This document shows positions 38,881 through 50,837 of a stretch of 64,000 bases of DNA, piece by piece. Position numbers and translations under genes: made by a program. Below the pieces are notes generated by a model that was given only the letters and a program-made list of their open reading frames with translations, made no database searches and was not told the DNA's origin. Numbering within the stretch: position 1 is the stretch's first letter; every line of letters begins with the position of its first letter. The stretch is from Saprolegnia diclina VS20 (lineage: Eukaryota): NCBI RefSeq assembly GCF_000281045.1, contig NW_008246178.1:56930-120929 (forward strand). Direction: 5' to 3'.

Positions 38881-40392
38881 ATGGACGTCCTCCTCGAGTG
38901 CCAAGCGCCGTACTGCGACTGGATCCTCGCGGGCCGCAAGACGGTCGAGACGCGCCGGTACCCGTGCCCCGACCACCTCATTGGCCAGCGCATCTGGCTC
39001 CTCGAGTCGCCCGCGGGCTCTGTACGGCAGTCGGCCGTGCCGGACCAAGTTGACCTGACGACGACGCCCGGGCTGCGCATCGTGGGCCACATCACCGTCG
39101 CCGCCTCCGTGCGCTACACATCGCAGGCGCACTGGGACGTAGATTCTTCTCGACACTGCGTCCCAGCGTCGTCGGGTTATGAGTGGTCGCCGGCCGTCGA
39201 CGTCTACGGCTGGGAAATCTCGGCCGCCGTCGCGACGACGACCCCGCCGCCGATCTCGACCATCGCCCGCGCGTACCGGTCCTTCTTCCTTCCCGTGCTG
39301 CACGTTCCGACTATCGACATCTCGGACCCGACGTCGCCGGAGGTGCTCGACGCGATCCGCGCCCAGTGCGCGACGCTCGGCTTCCTCCGCGTCACGTGGA
39401 AGAACTTCCCCGTCGACGTCGTTGGAGAAGCCCATGACGCTACGCGGGCCTTCTTCGCGCGCTCCGATGCGGAGAAGAACACGGCCTCCAAGGCTGCGAT
39501 CCACAAGACGAACGCGTCGTTCTGCAGCACGGGCTACCGCGGCAACACGAGTGCGTACAACGCTGGCGGCCGCGAGTCGTGGTCGTGCGTCCGGCCCGAC
39601 TTTGACCCGAGCTCACCGCCGGCAGGCGCGTACTACGCCAACCCGACGCACTTTGCGCAAGCGCCGGACCCGCAAGTGCCGTGGCCCGCGCCGACGATCG
39701 CGCCAACGTTTCGCCCAGCGGTGACGGCCTACTACGCGGCCGTAGACGACTTGGCGCAAACGCTCCTGCACATCTTCGGGCATATTCTGGAGCTCGAGGA
39801 CCCCGAGACGCTCGCAACGCTCTCGAAAGACCACGTGAGCAGCCTCAACCTCACGAGTCTCCGCTTCGAGGACGACAGTCATGTGGCCGCGAACGCGATT
39901 CTTCCGGCGCACGGCGACATCACGAGCGTCACGATCTTGTCACATGATGCGTCCGACGGGGCGAGCGGAACGGCCTGTCTCCAGGTGCTCAACCCCGCGT
40001 ACGATGCGCGCGAGCCCTATAGTTTGCGCTGGATTGCCCTGGCGGACGCAGCTCCCGACGCGCCGCCATCGTTCCTTGTGAACCTCGGACAGATCATGGA
40101 GCGCTGGTCCAACGGCCGGCTCAAGGCGACGCTGCACCGCATCGCGCGGCCCGTGCACCCTTCGATTCTGCGCCGCCGCCAAGCAATCGTGTTCTTTCGC
40201 GTGACCAACTACGACGCGGAGCTGCGACCGTTGGTGGGCGACGCCACCACGTACACGCCCGAGCGCATGGCCGAGTATGCGAACGCCCGCCTCGGGCCGT
40301 TCCACGACTCGTCCAAGAGCCTCCTGGAGGCGTACGCGATCTACAACAAGGACATCATCGCGCCGGACGCGTACATTGCGCTGGCGCAGTAG
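38881..40392 (+). CDS. ASCH (PUA-like) domain fused to IPNS-like 2OG-Fe(II) dioxygenase, intronless
   Basis: N-terminal LECQAPYCDWILAGRKTVETRRY (ASCH GxKxxExR); then VPTIDIS..ATLGFLRV, HGD, VNLGQIMERWSNGRLKATLHRI, RQAIVFF. Confidence 0.85.
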   Translation: MDVLLECQAPYCDWILAGRKTVETRRYPCPDHLIGQRIWLLESPAGSVRQSAVPDQVDLTTTPGLRIVGHITVAASVRYTSQAHWDVDSSRHCVPASSGYEWSPAVDVYGWEISAAVATTTPPPISTIARAYRSFFLPVLHVPTIDISDPTSPEVLDAIRAQCATLGFLRVTWKNFPVDVVGEAHDATRAFFARSDAEKNTASKAAIHKTNASFCSTGYRGNTSAYNAGGRESWSCVRPDFDPSSPPAGAYYANPTHFAQAPDPQVPWPAPTIAPTFRPAVTAYYAAVDDLAQTLLHIFGHILELEDPETLATLSKDHVSSLNLTSLRFEDDSHVAANAILPAHGDITSVTILSHDASDGASGTACLQVLNPAYDAREPYSLRWIALADAAPDAPPSFLVNLGQIMERWSNGRLKATLHRIARPVHPSILRRRQAIVFFRVTNYDAELRPLVGDATTYTPERMAEYANARLGPFHDSSKSLLEAYAIYNKDIIAPDAYIALAQ

Positions 40393-40970
40393 CCAAGGCA
40401 ATGAAAGTCGATCAAGAATGCGATTTCCATTTTCTTCACAGCGCAAACGGTAGCGGGGGTCGGCTTTGATACACGAGCATTCATTTTTCTGTTCAACAAG
40501 GCTCGTTGGCATGAAGTGGAAAAAACGTTTTGGAGTGGTTTCATTGGCTTATACAAAAACGTTTTGACCAATCATGTGCATTTCGGTTCGGTGCTCGACG
40601 AGCTGAGGCGCTTTGTGCTCGATTTCAAGGTTGAAAATGAAATCGCTCATACTTTGCATGCGGATAGAGGACACTTCAGAGAGCTCAGAATGCTACTTCG
40701 CGTCGGCGATAGAGACGTATAGCCAGAGCTACTAGCATTTTAATATTTATTTGTGGCATATTACACAAACAACCACATATGACCATTTTTAAGGATCGTC
40801 GTCCATTCAATTATTCGGGAAGGGCTCTCGGAAAGTTCTAAGCTTATTTTCAGCAATGTTGCGCAAGGTCTTACAAGTTCATTTGAACAACAATGCGTAG
40901 ACAACATATATTGTCTCAACCAAAGGGTGGTATTCATTTCAACCTAATTCCCTCATTTTCCAGCGCTGCA

Positions 40971-42133
40971 TCACGGCTGTACGTTGTTGAGCCGCTCTAA
41001 AGCGAGCATGAGTGCTTGTGTCCCAAGCTTTCCGCCGTTCTCTTGCGCCTACAAGCTATGAGATAGCACGCAGCGTATTGCGGGTCGCCTCGTACCTGTA
41101 CAGCGAGATACAACTGGTTGGCGAGCGCGAGACCCGGCAGAGCCAAACCCATCCTACTCACAAATGCATTCTGCAATCTCAAACCAAGATCACGTACGCC
41201 TGGGACTCCTTGAGTGCGATACCGAGGTCCTTGAGAAAGTGCTCGACCATGAACCCCGGGTTGAAGTCACGACGGGCGATACGAGGCCCAAGGTTGTTGA
41301 TAGACCACGAGCCCGCAGCACCGGCGCCAACGGCCGCGATCGCTTCGTTCAAGTCCAAGCCCGCCTTGTGCGCATACAGGAGGCCTTCGACCATCCCAAT
41401 CATGTTGGTCGCGATGAGAATCTACCATTTCACGACATCAGCGAGCAGCAAAGAAAGCACGTCGACGTACCTGGTTGACCATCTTGGTGTGCTGGCCAGC
41501 ACCCGCACCGCCCATGTGGCGGATGTTCTGCCCCATGACCTGGAAGATCGGAAGCACCTTCTCCATCGCAGCTGCGTCGCCGCCCGCCATGATGGAGAGC
41601 TTGGCCTCGCGCGCACCCACGTCACCGCCCGATACGGGCGCTACGCACTCGGCTCACCTGTGCAAACGCCATAAAAGGTCGAGTACCATCGATGGACGCG
41701 ACGCCCTTGGCCTTGGCCGCAGCGTAAATCTCTTTGGCCAGCGTCGGCTCGCTCGTCGTCATGTCGACGAGGATGCCACCGGGCTGCATCGTCGAGAGCG
41801 CGCCGTGCTCGCCGAGGAGGACCTGACGCACATCGCTCGGGTAACCCACGATCGTAAACAGCACGTCTATCAGCCAATAAGCATTAGCTTGTGCTTGCGG
41901 ATCGACCACCTACCTGACTGCTTGGCGACAGCGGCGGGCGAGTCGGCCAGTTTGGCGCCGAGGGCGACGAGCGGAGCGCACTTGCTCCGCGTGCGGCTAA
42001 AGGTCGTGACGGGGTAGCCCGCGTTCTAGACACGCATGAGCCTTGCTGGCGTGGGCGCTGGACCGTCTACCAGGATGTGCTGGCACATGCTCTTGCCCAT
42101 GATACCGGCGCCGATGAAGCCAACGCGAACCAT
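40971..42133 (-). CDS. Beta-hydroxyacid dehydrogenase, copy 2
   Basis: [16 protein letters not shown]; near-identical protein and matching intron positions to copy 1; ends LERLNNVQP*. Confidence 0.92.
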
Positions 42134-42379
42134 GGTGCACTTCTGTGAATTCAATTGCACGGCTGCCAAACGCTGCCCAATCACAACCCGCGACGACGAA
42201 CTTCAAGCCGACCAGATTGTGGCCGAATGTGGATCTGGCCATGGGTCAATCCAAGCGGCTGCGTTGACAACTAGCACCACCGGTAGATGACCAAGTTGTT
42301 GATCTCAACAAGAGCGCAGCTTTGGCTACGCTGATATTAGATTTTCATGGGCGATGATATTAGCAGGGTGCGCTTGACG

Positions 42380-42870
42380 GTAGCACAGTCGATGAAGTGG
42401 TAGTCTGCGCGGAGGAGCCGCACCGGTGCTTGTGGCAGTGTGGTGCAATGGGATTCATTTCGATGGCGTCACACTTTTGGAGAGTCGACTTGCGCTGCGA
42501 GATGGTGAGCGTCTTGTGCGGCGCGTAGTCGATCTCGATACCGAGCTTGCTTGGTCATCGTGAACTTGGTCGACAACTGAGACCTCGATCCTTGCGTCTG
42601 AAGCCGTGAAGCATCCTCTCATGCGGCGCCTCGTGCAGACAACAGAGGCTCTTGAGGAGCCAATGGGTTGGTCCACGTCGATGTTGAACTAGATCAGAAG
42701 CGCACTGAGGACACAACGCTCGTCGGTCTTAGCGCCCACCCGCAGACGCAAGCGTAGAGCGAACGCAGAGTTTCGTCCGAATGGCTCAAAGCCGCTAGTT
42801 CTCGTCCGTCTTCAGCTTGCAGATCCACGGGGCAGTATTACTGCATTGCACCGCAAAGCTGTGTGTGCGC
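42380..42870 (-). mobile_element. Degenerate Ty1/copia reverse-transcriptase remnant
   Basis: Frameshifted, stop-interrupted pieces in copia RT order: WICKLK (~42811-42828), QLSTKFTMT, LGIEIDY..LTISQ (~42490-42550), then DYHFI. Confidence 0.5.
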
Positions 42871-43012
42871 CTCTTCACATTTGCCTGGAGGATGACCGCG
42901 CCATTTTCACAAAAATCGACTAATATGTCCCTTTTTGACCAATCACAGCGATGTATTACAAGGCGAGCAGCGGGGATTGGTGCATAATCCAACGACCGCT
43001 ACACAACGGCTC

Positions 43013-46000
43013 ATGGCGTCCGCGGCCTTGACGTCGGTCTTGGCGGGCAGCGGCGACGACCCGCGGGCCTTCGTGGCCCTCTACACGCGCCTCATCCACG
43101 CGCAGACCAAGGCGACGCCGTCCGCCCGGACCTCGCGCCTCGCGCTCCAGGACGCGCTCGTGCACAACCCCGACGCGACGACGGGCAAGCGCTACGCCGT
43201 GGCCTTCCGCGCCGTCGACGTCGCCAGCCTGCAGCAGCCAGACGCAGCCCTGGAAGACATGTTTCCGGACAACGACGTCGCGCGGGTCTACTACGTACTG
43301 CGCGTTCTCTTGCGCGCGCTCCGCGGCCCCGAACAGAGCGTGGCCGCCCGCGACGTCTTTGCGAACCGCAGCCACCTCCTCGACGTGCAGTGCATTCTCT
43401 GCCAGGCACTGGCGCGTGACTGGCTCCCGCTCGGTGACCTCGTGCCTGTGCTCTTGGACACGGCCATTGGTGCGTCGCTCTTTGTCGGCGTCGTCGAGAA
43501 CGACCCGAGCACGATCTTCGTCATTGCCGAGGCGCTCGTGGCGACGATCAAGAAGCAGCCGACTGACGCGCATGTGTATGCGCAGTGCCGTAGCATGCTC
43601 GTGGCACTGAGCCAGCGCTCCTTGGCGACGGCGCTGGACCTTCGTCGCCGGTGCACTGCGACCGACATGCCTGTCTTGGCGGCCGTCGCGCTCGATATTA
43701 CGCTCTCATCGCCGCTTCAGGACGCGCCGCGCTTTATTGCGACCATGATGCGCGGGTCGCAGGCACCGCAGTTTTGGACGTTTGTCCACGACGGCCTCCA
43801 CGCGCCGCCGACCGACAATGGCATTCGCAGCTCGTACCGCGAGCTCCTCGAGCGGCTCCGGTCGACGCTGCTGCAAGCGCTCGCATCGTGGGCTCCCGAG
43901 CACGGACTCTTTGTGCTCGAGACGTTGCTGCGGAGCTACTGCGGGCTCCTTGGTCGCGGCAGTCTCCAGCTGCACGAGACTGAAGCCACCGCGCTCCTCA
44001 CGGTGATTGCGCGGGCGCTTCCGGTGCTGCACTCGCCGCGGGGCACGGCGGTTGTCCCTGTCGCCTTTGCGACGCTCGTGCTCGCGTGTCTCTCCAAGCT
44101 TGGGTCGCCCGACGACGTGCCGTTCATGCAGGAAGCGCGCCACGGCATCAAAGCTCTCTATGATGCCGACCGCGCCGCGTCCGGACCGGCCTTTATGATG
44201 ATGGCGCTTCTGCTCTACACCAAGGTGCATGCTCCTTATCTATATTTCATGAAGAATTACACGAGGCTGAAGCCTAGCATGGTCGTGGACCTTTTGCGCA
44301 ACGTCATCGACTGCGCCGTCGTCGTGCCCGTCGAGCGCATCCCACTCTTTGGCGAGGTGACTCTCAATCTCAATCTGAAAAAGAGGCTGAGCAATGGTGC
44401 TAGTACGTGCTCAAGCTGGACTTTACCGAAGCGGTCATGGTCCACGGGCTCTTGGCGACAGCGACGCCACCAACGATTGACGCGCGCACGCACAACGTAC
44501 TCCACGAGATGGCGCTGCGCGTGACGTACTCGCTCCTCTGCGAACGGTCGTTCGTCCGGCACAAGGCCAACCCTGGCGACTGGCTCTACCTCCAAGTACG
44601 TATCCTTATCCTTGGATCCGATACAAATGCCAAGTGTAGGTGCAAGCGGCGACGCTGCCACTGCACCCAATCCTGCCCAGTCTCATGCTCGAGTGGGCTG
44701 AGAACACGGTCGCGAGCGTCGACCCAAACACGCAGCAGGCGCACATCCCGAGCCTCCGCGCGCCGCTCGTTCATGACACGATCCTCGCCGTCGCGTCGCT
44801 CGACGTGGCGACGCACCCAAAGGCGTGGGCCCGCGCGGCTCTGCTCTTGGTCTACGCGCTGCACATGAACCGGCGCAGTCCGGCCAAGCCCGCGTACGAG
44901 ACGCACACCCTTCCGATTCAGCGCATCTTTTCGGTGACGGCGGCCGCGTCACGGGCCAACGACGCGTTCGAGTTTGTGTTTCCGCTGCTTCTGCGCCTCG
45001 TGCTCGACGACTTTGCCCACGCGCTCTTGCCGGCGCCAACGCAGAGCAAACTGCACACGACGCACGACGTGAGTTGTCCGATTCCAGAGGCGTGGCGCTC
45101 TATCGACGGGCTCCAGCGATTTATGCCCGAAGTGCGCGATGCCTTGGCCAACTTGCGTGACGCGTCGGGTGCGGCGCTCTCGCCTCTTGTCCATTGGCTC
45201 GTCTCGGTAGTCCTCCCCGCGGCCATGGGCGCGTCACTGCCGCCAACGACGACGACCAACCCGTTCGCAACATTGTCCGACGCTTCGTCGTCTCGGACGG
45301 CGGTCGCCCACGCTGACGTGTGCAACCTCGTGGCGCCACTGCTGCTGCGAGGGCTGCCATTCCACGCAACACCGGACGCCGTGTACGTGGCACTCGCCCG
45401 CACGCTCTGCGGTGGCCCGCGTGTCCCGATCTCGTACCCCGATCTGCTCGAGGTAGAATGGCTTGCCTTTGGATAGCAATCAATTTGTCTGTAGGAACCC
45501 TTTGCCGTGCTGCGCTGCGACCCGGTGGTTTGGACAAGCGCCGCGCTCGTGTCGCTTTTGCTGCCGCTGCTAAACGCGTGTCGGCGCTGGTCGGCGTACC
45601 AGGTGATGCGTTCGGCGGACGACGCCTCGGACCCGGCGCAGTTTGTGCTGCTCCAAGACGCCGTGTGCGTCCACGCGCTCCTCGACGTCCTCGACGCGTC
45701 GTCCGGGCCCACGGCGTCGCTCGTACTTTTGTGGCTGCAAGCCACCTTTTCCCAGAACCCGCTCCTGCTGCTCACCGTGCACTCGCAGGTACTCGATCCC
45801 ACTACGATCTGATGGGCAACTGGGGGCTAGGGCTACCCGCCGGCGCTTGTCCCGCGGCTCGTTCGCCACGTGCCGGCCATGGAAGAGCTCTTGGCGTCAC
45901 TCCCGGACCTGCTCAACTGCAACGACTTGGCCAAACTGGCGTTTCGCTGCGAACTCGCGAGCGTCTTGGCGAAGGAGTACCCCCACGGCACGGCGTCGAT

Positions 46001-46360
46001 CCTGCTCAAGAGCCTGCTCGGGAAGCTCAAGCTCATCTACGACACGGATCGGTACGACTCGATGCAATCAACAGAGTTGCAGTGCGAGCAATCGCTGTCG
46101 ATAGGGCGACGACAAGTGAGAAAGTCCTTAGCAACGACGTATTGAGCTTCTTTGCGAGTGTGCTCCCGAGCGTCGGGTCGCTCAGCGTGACGTTCCCCGA
46201 CATGGCCGAAGAAAGCGTCCAGCTGCTCATCAAGCTGCGCGTGCAGATCGTGCACCAGTCGTCAGACCTCCTCGCGGCGAACCCGCTGCTCCTGGCCCTC
46301 GACGTGGTCGTCCAGCGCGTCTTTAGCCAGCTCGTTCGCATGACGCCCAGCACCTTTTAA
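43013..46360 (+). CDS. INTS2: Integrator complex subunit 2-like
   Basis: SFVRHK..GDWLYLQVQAATLPLHPILP and FSQNPLLLLTVHSQGYPPALVPRLVRHVPAM match conserved INTS2 segments as recalled; long helical protein. Confidence 0.72.
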
Positions 46361-46540
46361 GTTGCTTGCTCGCACTTAACAAAATGCATACAAAAAGGGA
46401 GATGGTTCTGCTAGGTGCGGTTGATACAAAACTTGATGCAACCCTAACCCCGACTGCAGCCGAGAGCAGAGGCGATCAAGGTCCTTTGCTGCACGTCAGC
46501 ACTCGGACACCGAAGAATCATACGTATAAGCTGAAGCGAG

Positions 46541-48175
46541 CTACGATACGTCGGCTTCAAGTGGGCGGGCCGAGAAGGCGTCTTGGTACTGGTCGAGGTG
46601 CCCGACCTCTTGGCGGTCGGCCGCGAGCCGCGCAACGTCCGAGGCGTACAGCGAGCTCTTGGGGAAGCGCTTGCGCAGCGAAATGTAGAGAGAGACGAGC
46701 ACGAGCGCGAGCGTGAGGCCGTTCACGAGACAGACGACCAGCATGATGGACGTCCGGCGGGCGACGCGGGCGATGCCAACGGCGCACTTGTCGCACGCGA
46801 TCGTATTGCCGGCCTGGAGTGTCTGGGCCGCCCAAATGGGCCGGTAGAGCATCTCGAGGACGTACGTCATCTCTTGCGCGAGAAAGGCCGCCGACTCGAT
46901 GCCGGCCGTCGGCGTGTTGATGCTCAGCGCGTGCTTGACGGACGTGAGGACTGGGAGGCCGGACGCCTCGTCGCAGTAGAGCGCGCTGCTGCCAGTGACC
47001 CCGTGACCGCCCGTGTCGCCCATGCGGCACGTGGTGTTGAAGAACCAAGTGAGAAAGTTGGCGGCGTAGCCAAACTGGTGAAAGACAAACGGGAGGCCGT
47101 TCTGCACGACGAACGCGCGCGGGTCGTCGGCCTGGAGCGCGCGGATCTTGGCGCTCGAGAGCGTCGCGTTGTACGCGTAGACGACGCGCTCCGTTAGGCA
47201 ACCCGTCGAGCTGTTCTCGGCGCGGACGGTCCACGCCGGCACGACCTTGCAGCCGACGGCTTGGACGCTGCCAGGGCGCTGGAGTGTCAAATTCCACCAC
47301 AGGCTCGGTGGGGACAGCGCGCTTGGCACCGACTCGCGCATGCTGAACGCACTGGGATCATAGCTGAAGTCGACGAGCGATGTGACTGCGTACGCTGCCG
47401 GGTCCTTTCTCGGTGGCGACGACGCGCAGTCGATGGTGTAGCCGCCAAAGATGGGAATGTCTTTTGCTGTGCACGAGACCGACGACGCGTCACAAGCGAG
47501 CAGTGGGTGTGTCGCGTTGCCGTTCGTGAGGCCGCAGCCGAGGCCCGGGAGACACGCCTTGTTCATTGTCGCGACCGCCGAGATGCCGGCGCTGAAGGCC
47601 CACGCCGTCAATGGCGTTTGCGCCGCGTACAAGTCGCCGCTGCCGCTGCCATCGACGAGCGGAAAGAAACCGGGCGCGAGGGCCGACGTATCGCGAACGC
47701 GGATCGCAGCGGTGAACGGCGAGAGCGACAGCATGGAGGATTGCTCCCACTGAAACACGACATTGTCGAGCACAGTCGCGAGCATGCTGGCGAAGAGGAG
47801 GACCGCGAGGCCGGAGGCGGCGCTGCCAGGCGCGCGGAGACACTGCACCGACGCTTGGATCGGGTCCTTGTTGGCAATGTCGACGGCGGCCAGTGGGATC
47901 CCATCGCCATGCAGCCGGTACATGATAAAGTGCTTGAACGTCATCGTGAGAGCGACGCCGAGTAAGACGCTCTCGGCGGCGGCGACGACGCTCAGCGCCG
48001 GCCCAACCTTGTCGTGAAAGGCAAGGTAGGCCTTGGGTGATGTCCAGTCCGCTCCGTCCAAGGCATCGTCCTCGAACGGAAGCAGCGTCCACGTCAGTAC
48101 CGGCAGCATTATGGCCGCGACGGCCATGAGCGCCGGGCTCACGAGATCGTCGCTGGGGCTGCCCGCTTTCGCCAT
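46541..48175 (-). CDS. Hypothetical multi-pass membrane protein with Cys-rich extracellular domain, intronless
   Basis: ~544-aa ORF with coding-like GC3; about three N-terminal and one C-terminal hydrophobic segments. Confidence 0.75.
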   Translation of the reverse strand: MAKAGSPSDDLVSPALMAVAAIMLPVLTWTLLPFEDDALDGADWTSPKAYLAFHDKVGPALSVVAAAESVLLGVALTMTFKHFIMYRLHGDGIPLAAVDIANKDPIQASVQCLRAPGSAASGLAVLLFASMLATVLDNVVFQWEQSSMLSLSPFTAAIRVRDTSALAPGFFPLVDGSGSGDLYAAQTPLTAWAFSAGISAVATMNKACLPGLGCGLTNGNATHPLLACDASSVSCTAKDIPIFGGYTIDCASSPPRKDPAAYAVTSLVDFSYDPSAFSMRESVPSALSPPSLWWNLTLQRPGSVQAVGCKVVPAWTVRAENSSTGCLTERVVYAYNATLSSAKIRALQADDPRAFVVQNGLPFVFHQFGYAANFLTWFFNTTCRMGDTGGHGVTGSSALYCDEASGLPVLTSVKHALSINTPTAGIESAAFLAQEMTYVLEMLYRPIWAAQTLQAGNTIACDKCAVGIARVARRTSIMLVVCLVNGLTLALVLVSLYISLRKRFPKSSLYASDVARLAADRQEVGHLDQYQDAFSARPLEADVS

Positions 48176-48490
48176 CGTCACGCCAAATGAATGTCCGAAG
48201 GATATGGCCTGATTTCAGTTCAGTCAACCTGAAATATTCTGAAACTCAACTCAATCCAATCAGCGGCAGAGTTGTCTCGAGCTCCAGAGCGCGCTTGCTT
48301 CTTCTCGGCAAGCGTTGAGTACTGGGCACCTTGCCACGCTGGCGGCTAAAGCCAAGCCTCGTTCACCCGTCACGAGGGCCATACAATCGTGCCATGTGAC
48401 TGGAGCCGATACTACCACAAGTGAACTAAATTTATGTTCTGCAGGAGCTACGTCGGTCAATGGAAAAAGTATATTTAAGCTTCAGTATAT

Positions 48491-48913
48491 CTAAGAATCG
48501 ACAGCGCCACGCTTTCGCTTCGCGCCGAGCAGCTTGGGCGGTGCAACAACGGGCGCCTTGCTGATGCGACTGCTCTGGCGGACGTGGCGTAGCTGCGTGC
48601 AGGACCACGGCAGCTTCTCAAGCGTGAAGCGCTGCGTCGCCGGGTCAAAGATCAGGATGCACTCGACGTCCTTGCTCTCGGCCACTTTGCCCTTGAACTG
48701 GATGCCGCCGCTGGCATTGGCGACCGAAACAGTGACGCTGCTGGCGGCGTCGGCGGTCACGAGGCCACAGACGCTCGTGTCGACGGAGGCCGGCTGGAAC
48801 TCGTAGCGGAAGCAGTAGTGCAAGCTCGGCCGCGCGTCCTCGGCGGGCTCGGCCAGCGACGATCCGATGTCGACGCCGTAGACCTGCCCTGGCGCTGGCT
48901 CGTCGGTTGCCAT
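48491..48913 (-). CDS. ELL-associated factor (EAF) domain protein
   Basis: FRYEFQPASVD...FKG....ECILIFDPATQRFTLEKL EAF signature; C-terminal NLS-like KRKR. Confidence 0.82.
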   Translation of the reverse strand: MATDEPAPGQVYGVDIGSSLAEPAEDARPSLHYCFRYEFQPASVDTSVCGLVTADAASSVTVSVANASGGIQFKGKVAESKDVECILIFDPATQRFTLEKLPWSCTQLRHVRQSSRISKAPVVAPPKLLGAKRKRGAVDS

Positions 48914-49041
48914 CGTGCCGATTTTGCGGTGCCACCAACCAGATAGACGCGGATTGGCCAAAAGATCTTTTTGTCGCCAATTATTGGCTATAAGATCGTC
49001 GATTTTAGCCAATCCATGCACGGAAAAGCTGCTCAAGGGCT

Positions 49042-50837
49042 TCAACTTGCGTCAAGAATGCGGATGCGGCCTTCGGTGGCGGCGTAGGCCAGAATGCGCT
49101 GCTTCTCAACGAAGCGAATCACCTCGTTGGCCATGATATCGTGCGTCTCAACCACCGAGCCCTTGCGCCACGCGACGCAGCCGTCGCCACCGCCCGCAAT
49201 AAATTGCGTTGTCGCCACAGTCAGCTCGGCGTTCGCATCGATTTCGTTGCCGGCTTCGTCCGTAAACGACGTCATCTAGCCCGCATCTTTAGACCCACAC
49301 GCGCGGTAACCAAGCTCGTACTGTTCGGGAGCGGCTGTCGTACACGAGACGCACGCCAGAGACGTGAGGAAACGAGCCCGAGAGCGCTGGGTACGCACCG
49401 AGTTGCTGAACAAGTGCCTCTTGAAGGTCGCTGGCGCGAATCCGCGTCAGCACTGCCGGTCCTTGGATGGGCATGTCACAGTGGATCATGCGCGCCGTCA
49501 GCGTCGCCTTGGCCGGGTGCACTGCGTCCAATAAGAACCATATTCATATTGCTTCTTGCATGCAACGTACGTGCGTTGCTTCGAAGAAAGCCGCCGCTGA
49601 CGTGGCCAACGTTGGCGCCGAGCTCGGACCGGATCGCGTCAGCGACCAAGTTGCCAAAGCTGCTCTCCTGGCCGCGCACGACGACTGTTTGTACATCCAG
49701 CGGCAGCTCCAGCACCGCGATTGGTCGGTTCTCGGCGTCGTCATCACTCGAGAAGNNNNNNNNNNNNNNNNNNNNNNNNNNNNNNNNNNNNNNNNNNNNN
49801 NNNNNNNNNNNNNNNNNNNNNNNNNNNNNNNNNNNNNNNNNNNNNNNNNNNNNNNNNNNNNNNNNNNNNNNNNNNNNNNNNNNNNNNNNNNNNNNNNNNN
49901 NNNNNNNNNNNNNNNNNNNNNNNNNNNNNNNNNNNNNNNNNNNNNNNNNNNNNNNNNNNNNNNNNNNNNNNNNNNNNNNNNNNNNNNNNNNNNNNNNNNN
50001 NNNNNNNNNNNNNNNNNNNNNNNNNNNNNNNNNNNNNNNNNNNNNNNNNNNNNNNNNNNNNNNNNNNNNNNNNNNNNNNNNNNNNNNNNNNNNNNNNNNN
50101 NNNNNNNNNNNNNNNNNNNNNNNNNNNNNNNNNNNNNNNNNNNNNNNNNNNNNNNNNNNNNNNNNNNNNNNNNNNNNNNNNNNNNNNNNNNNNNNNNNNN
50201 NNNNNNNNNNNNNNNNNNNNNNNNNNNNNNNNNNNNNNNNNNNNNNNNNNNNNNNNNNNNNNNNNNNNNNNNNNNNNNNNNNNNNNNNNNNNNNNNNNNN
50301 NNNNNNNNNNNNNNNNNNNNNNNNNNNNNNNNNNNNNNNNNNNNNNNNNNNNNNNNNNNNNNNNNNNNNNNNNNNNNNNNNNNNNNNNNNNNNNNNNNNN
50401 NNNNNNNNNNNNNNNNNNNNNNNNNNNNNNNNNNNNNNNNNNNNNNNNNNTACGCCATACTCAAACAACGTCAAGGACATCAAGCGTACCAAAGACGGCA
50501 AAGTCGACGTCCATGTGGTTGAGAAGGTCGATCATGTGCGCGCTAGTTCGTCATAGTACGTCGTAACGAAGGCCGTTCATGCGTAGGAGTGCAGTACCCT
50601 TTGTAATAGGCTCCGGTTCGAGACGCGGAGAGAAAGTCGCCGTTGATCGTCGTCAGCAGCGTCGAGGTCGCTGGCGTCGCCGCTCGCTCACGCTGCAGCA
50701 AGGTCGCGAGTTCGGCCATTCCTGCGCTGCCCGATGAGCATCATCTATGTCATCCTCGTGGACGTACCGCCCATGCCATGCGCGTCAGGTGCGACGTCGT
50801 ACACGTCGTTCACCGTCAAGATGGTCAGCGCTGCCAT
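49042..50837 (-). CDS. 5'-nucleotidase / metallophosphoesterase family protein, copy 1 (spans gap)
   Basis: LTILTVNDVY, GDFLS, ESSFGNLVADAIR, GSFPHVSG, FIAGGGDG. Confidence 0.85.
49756..50450. other. Assembly gap (N run)
   Basis: Run of N bases. Confidence 1.

Noticed and set aside
40400..40960. AT-rich spacer as a MITE
   Set aside because: No terminal inverted repeats or target-site duplication could be identified.
43013..48913. INTS2 and EAF proximity as a Pol II elongation cluster
   Set aside because: Separated by an unrelated gene and in convergent orientation; no evidence beyond coincidence.
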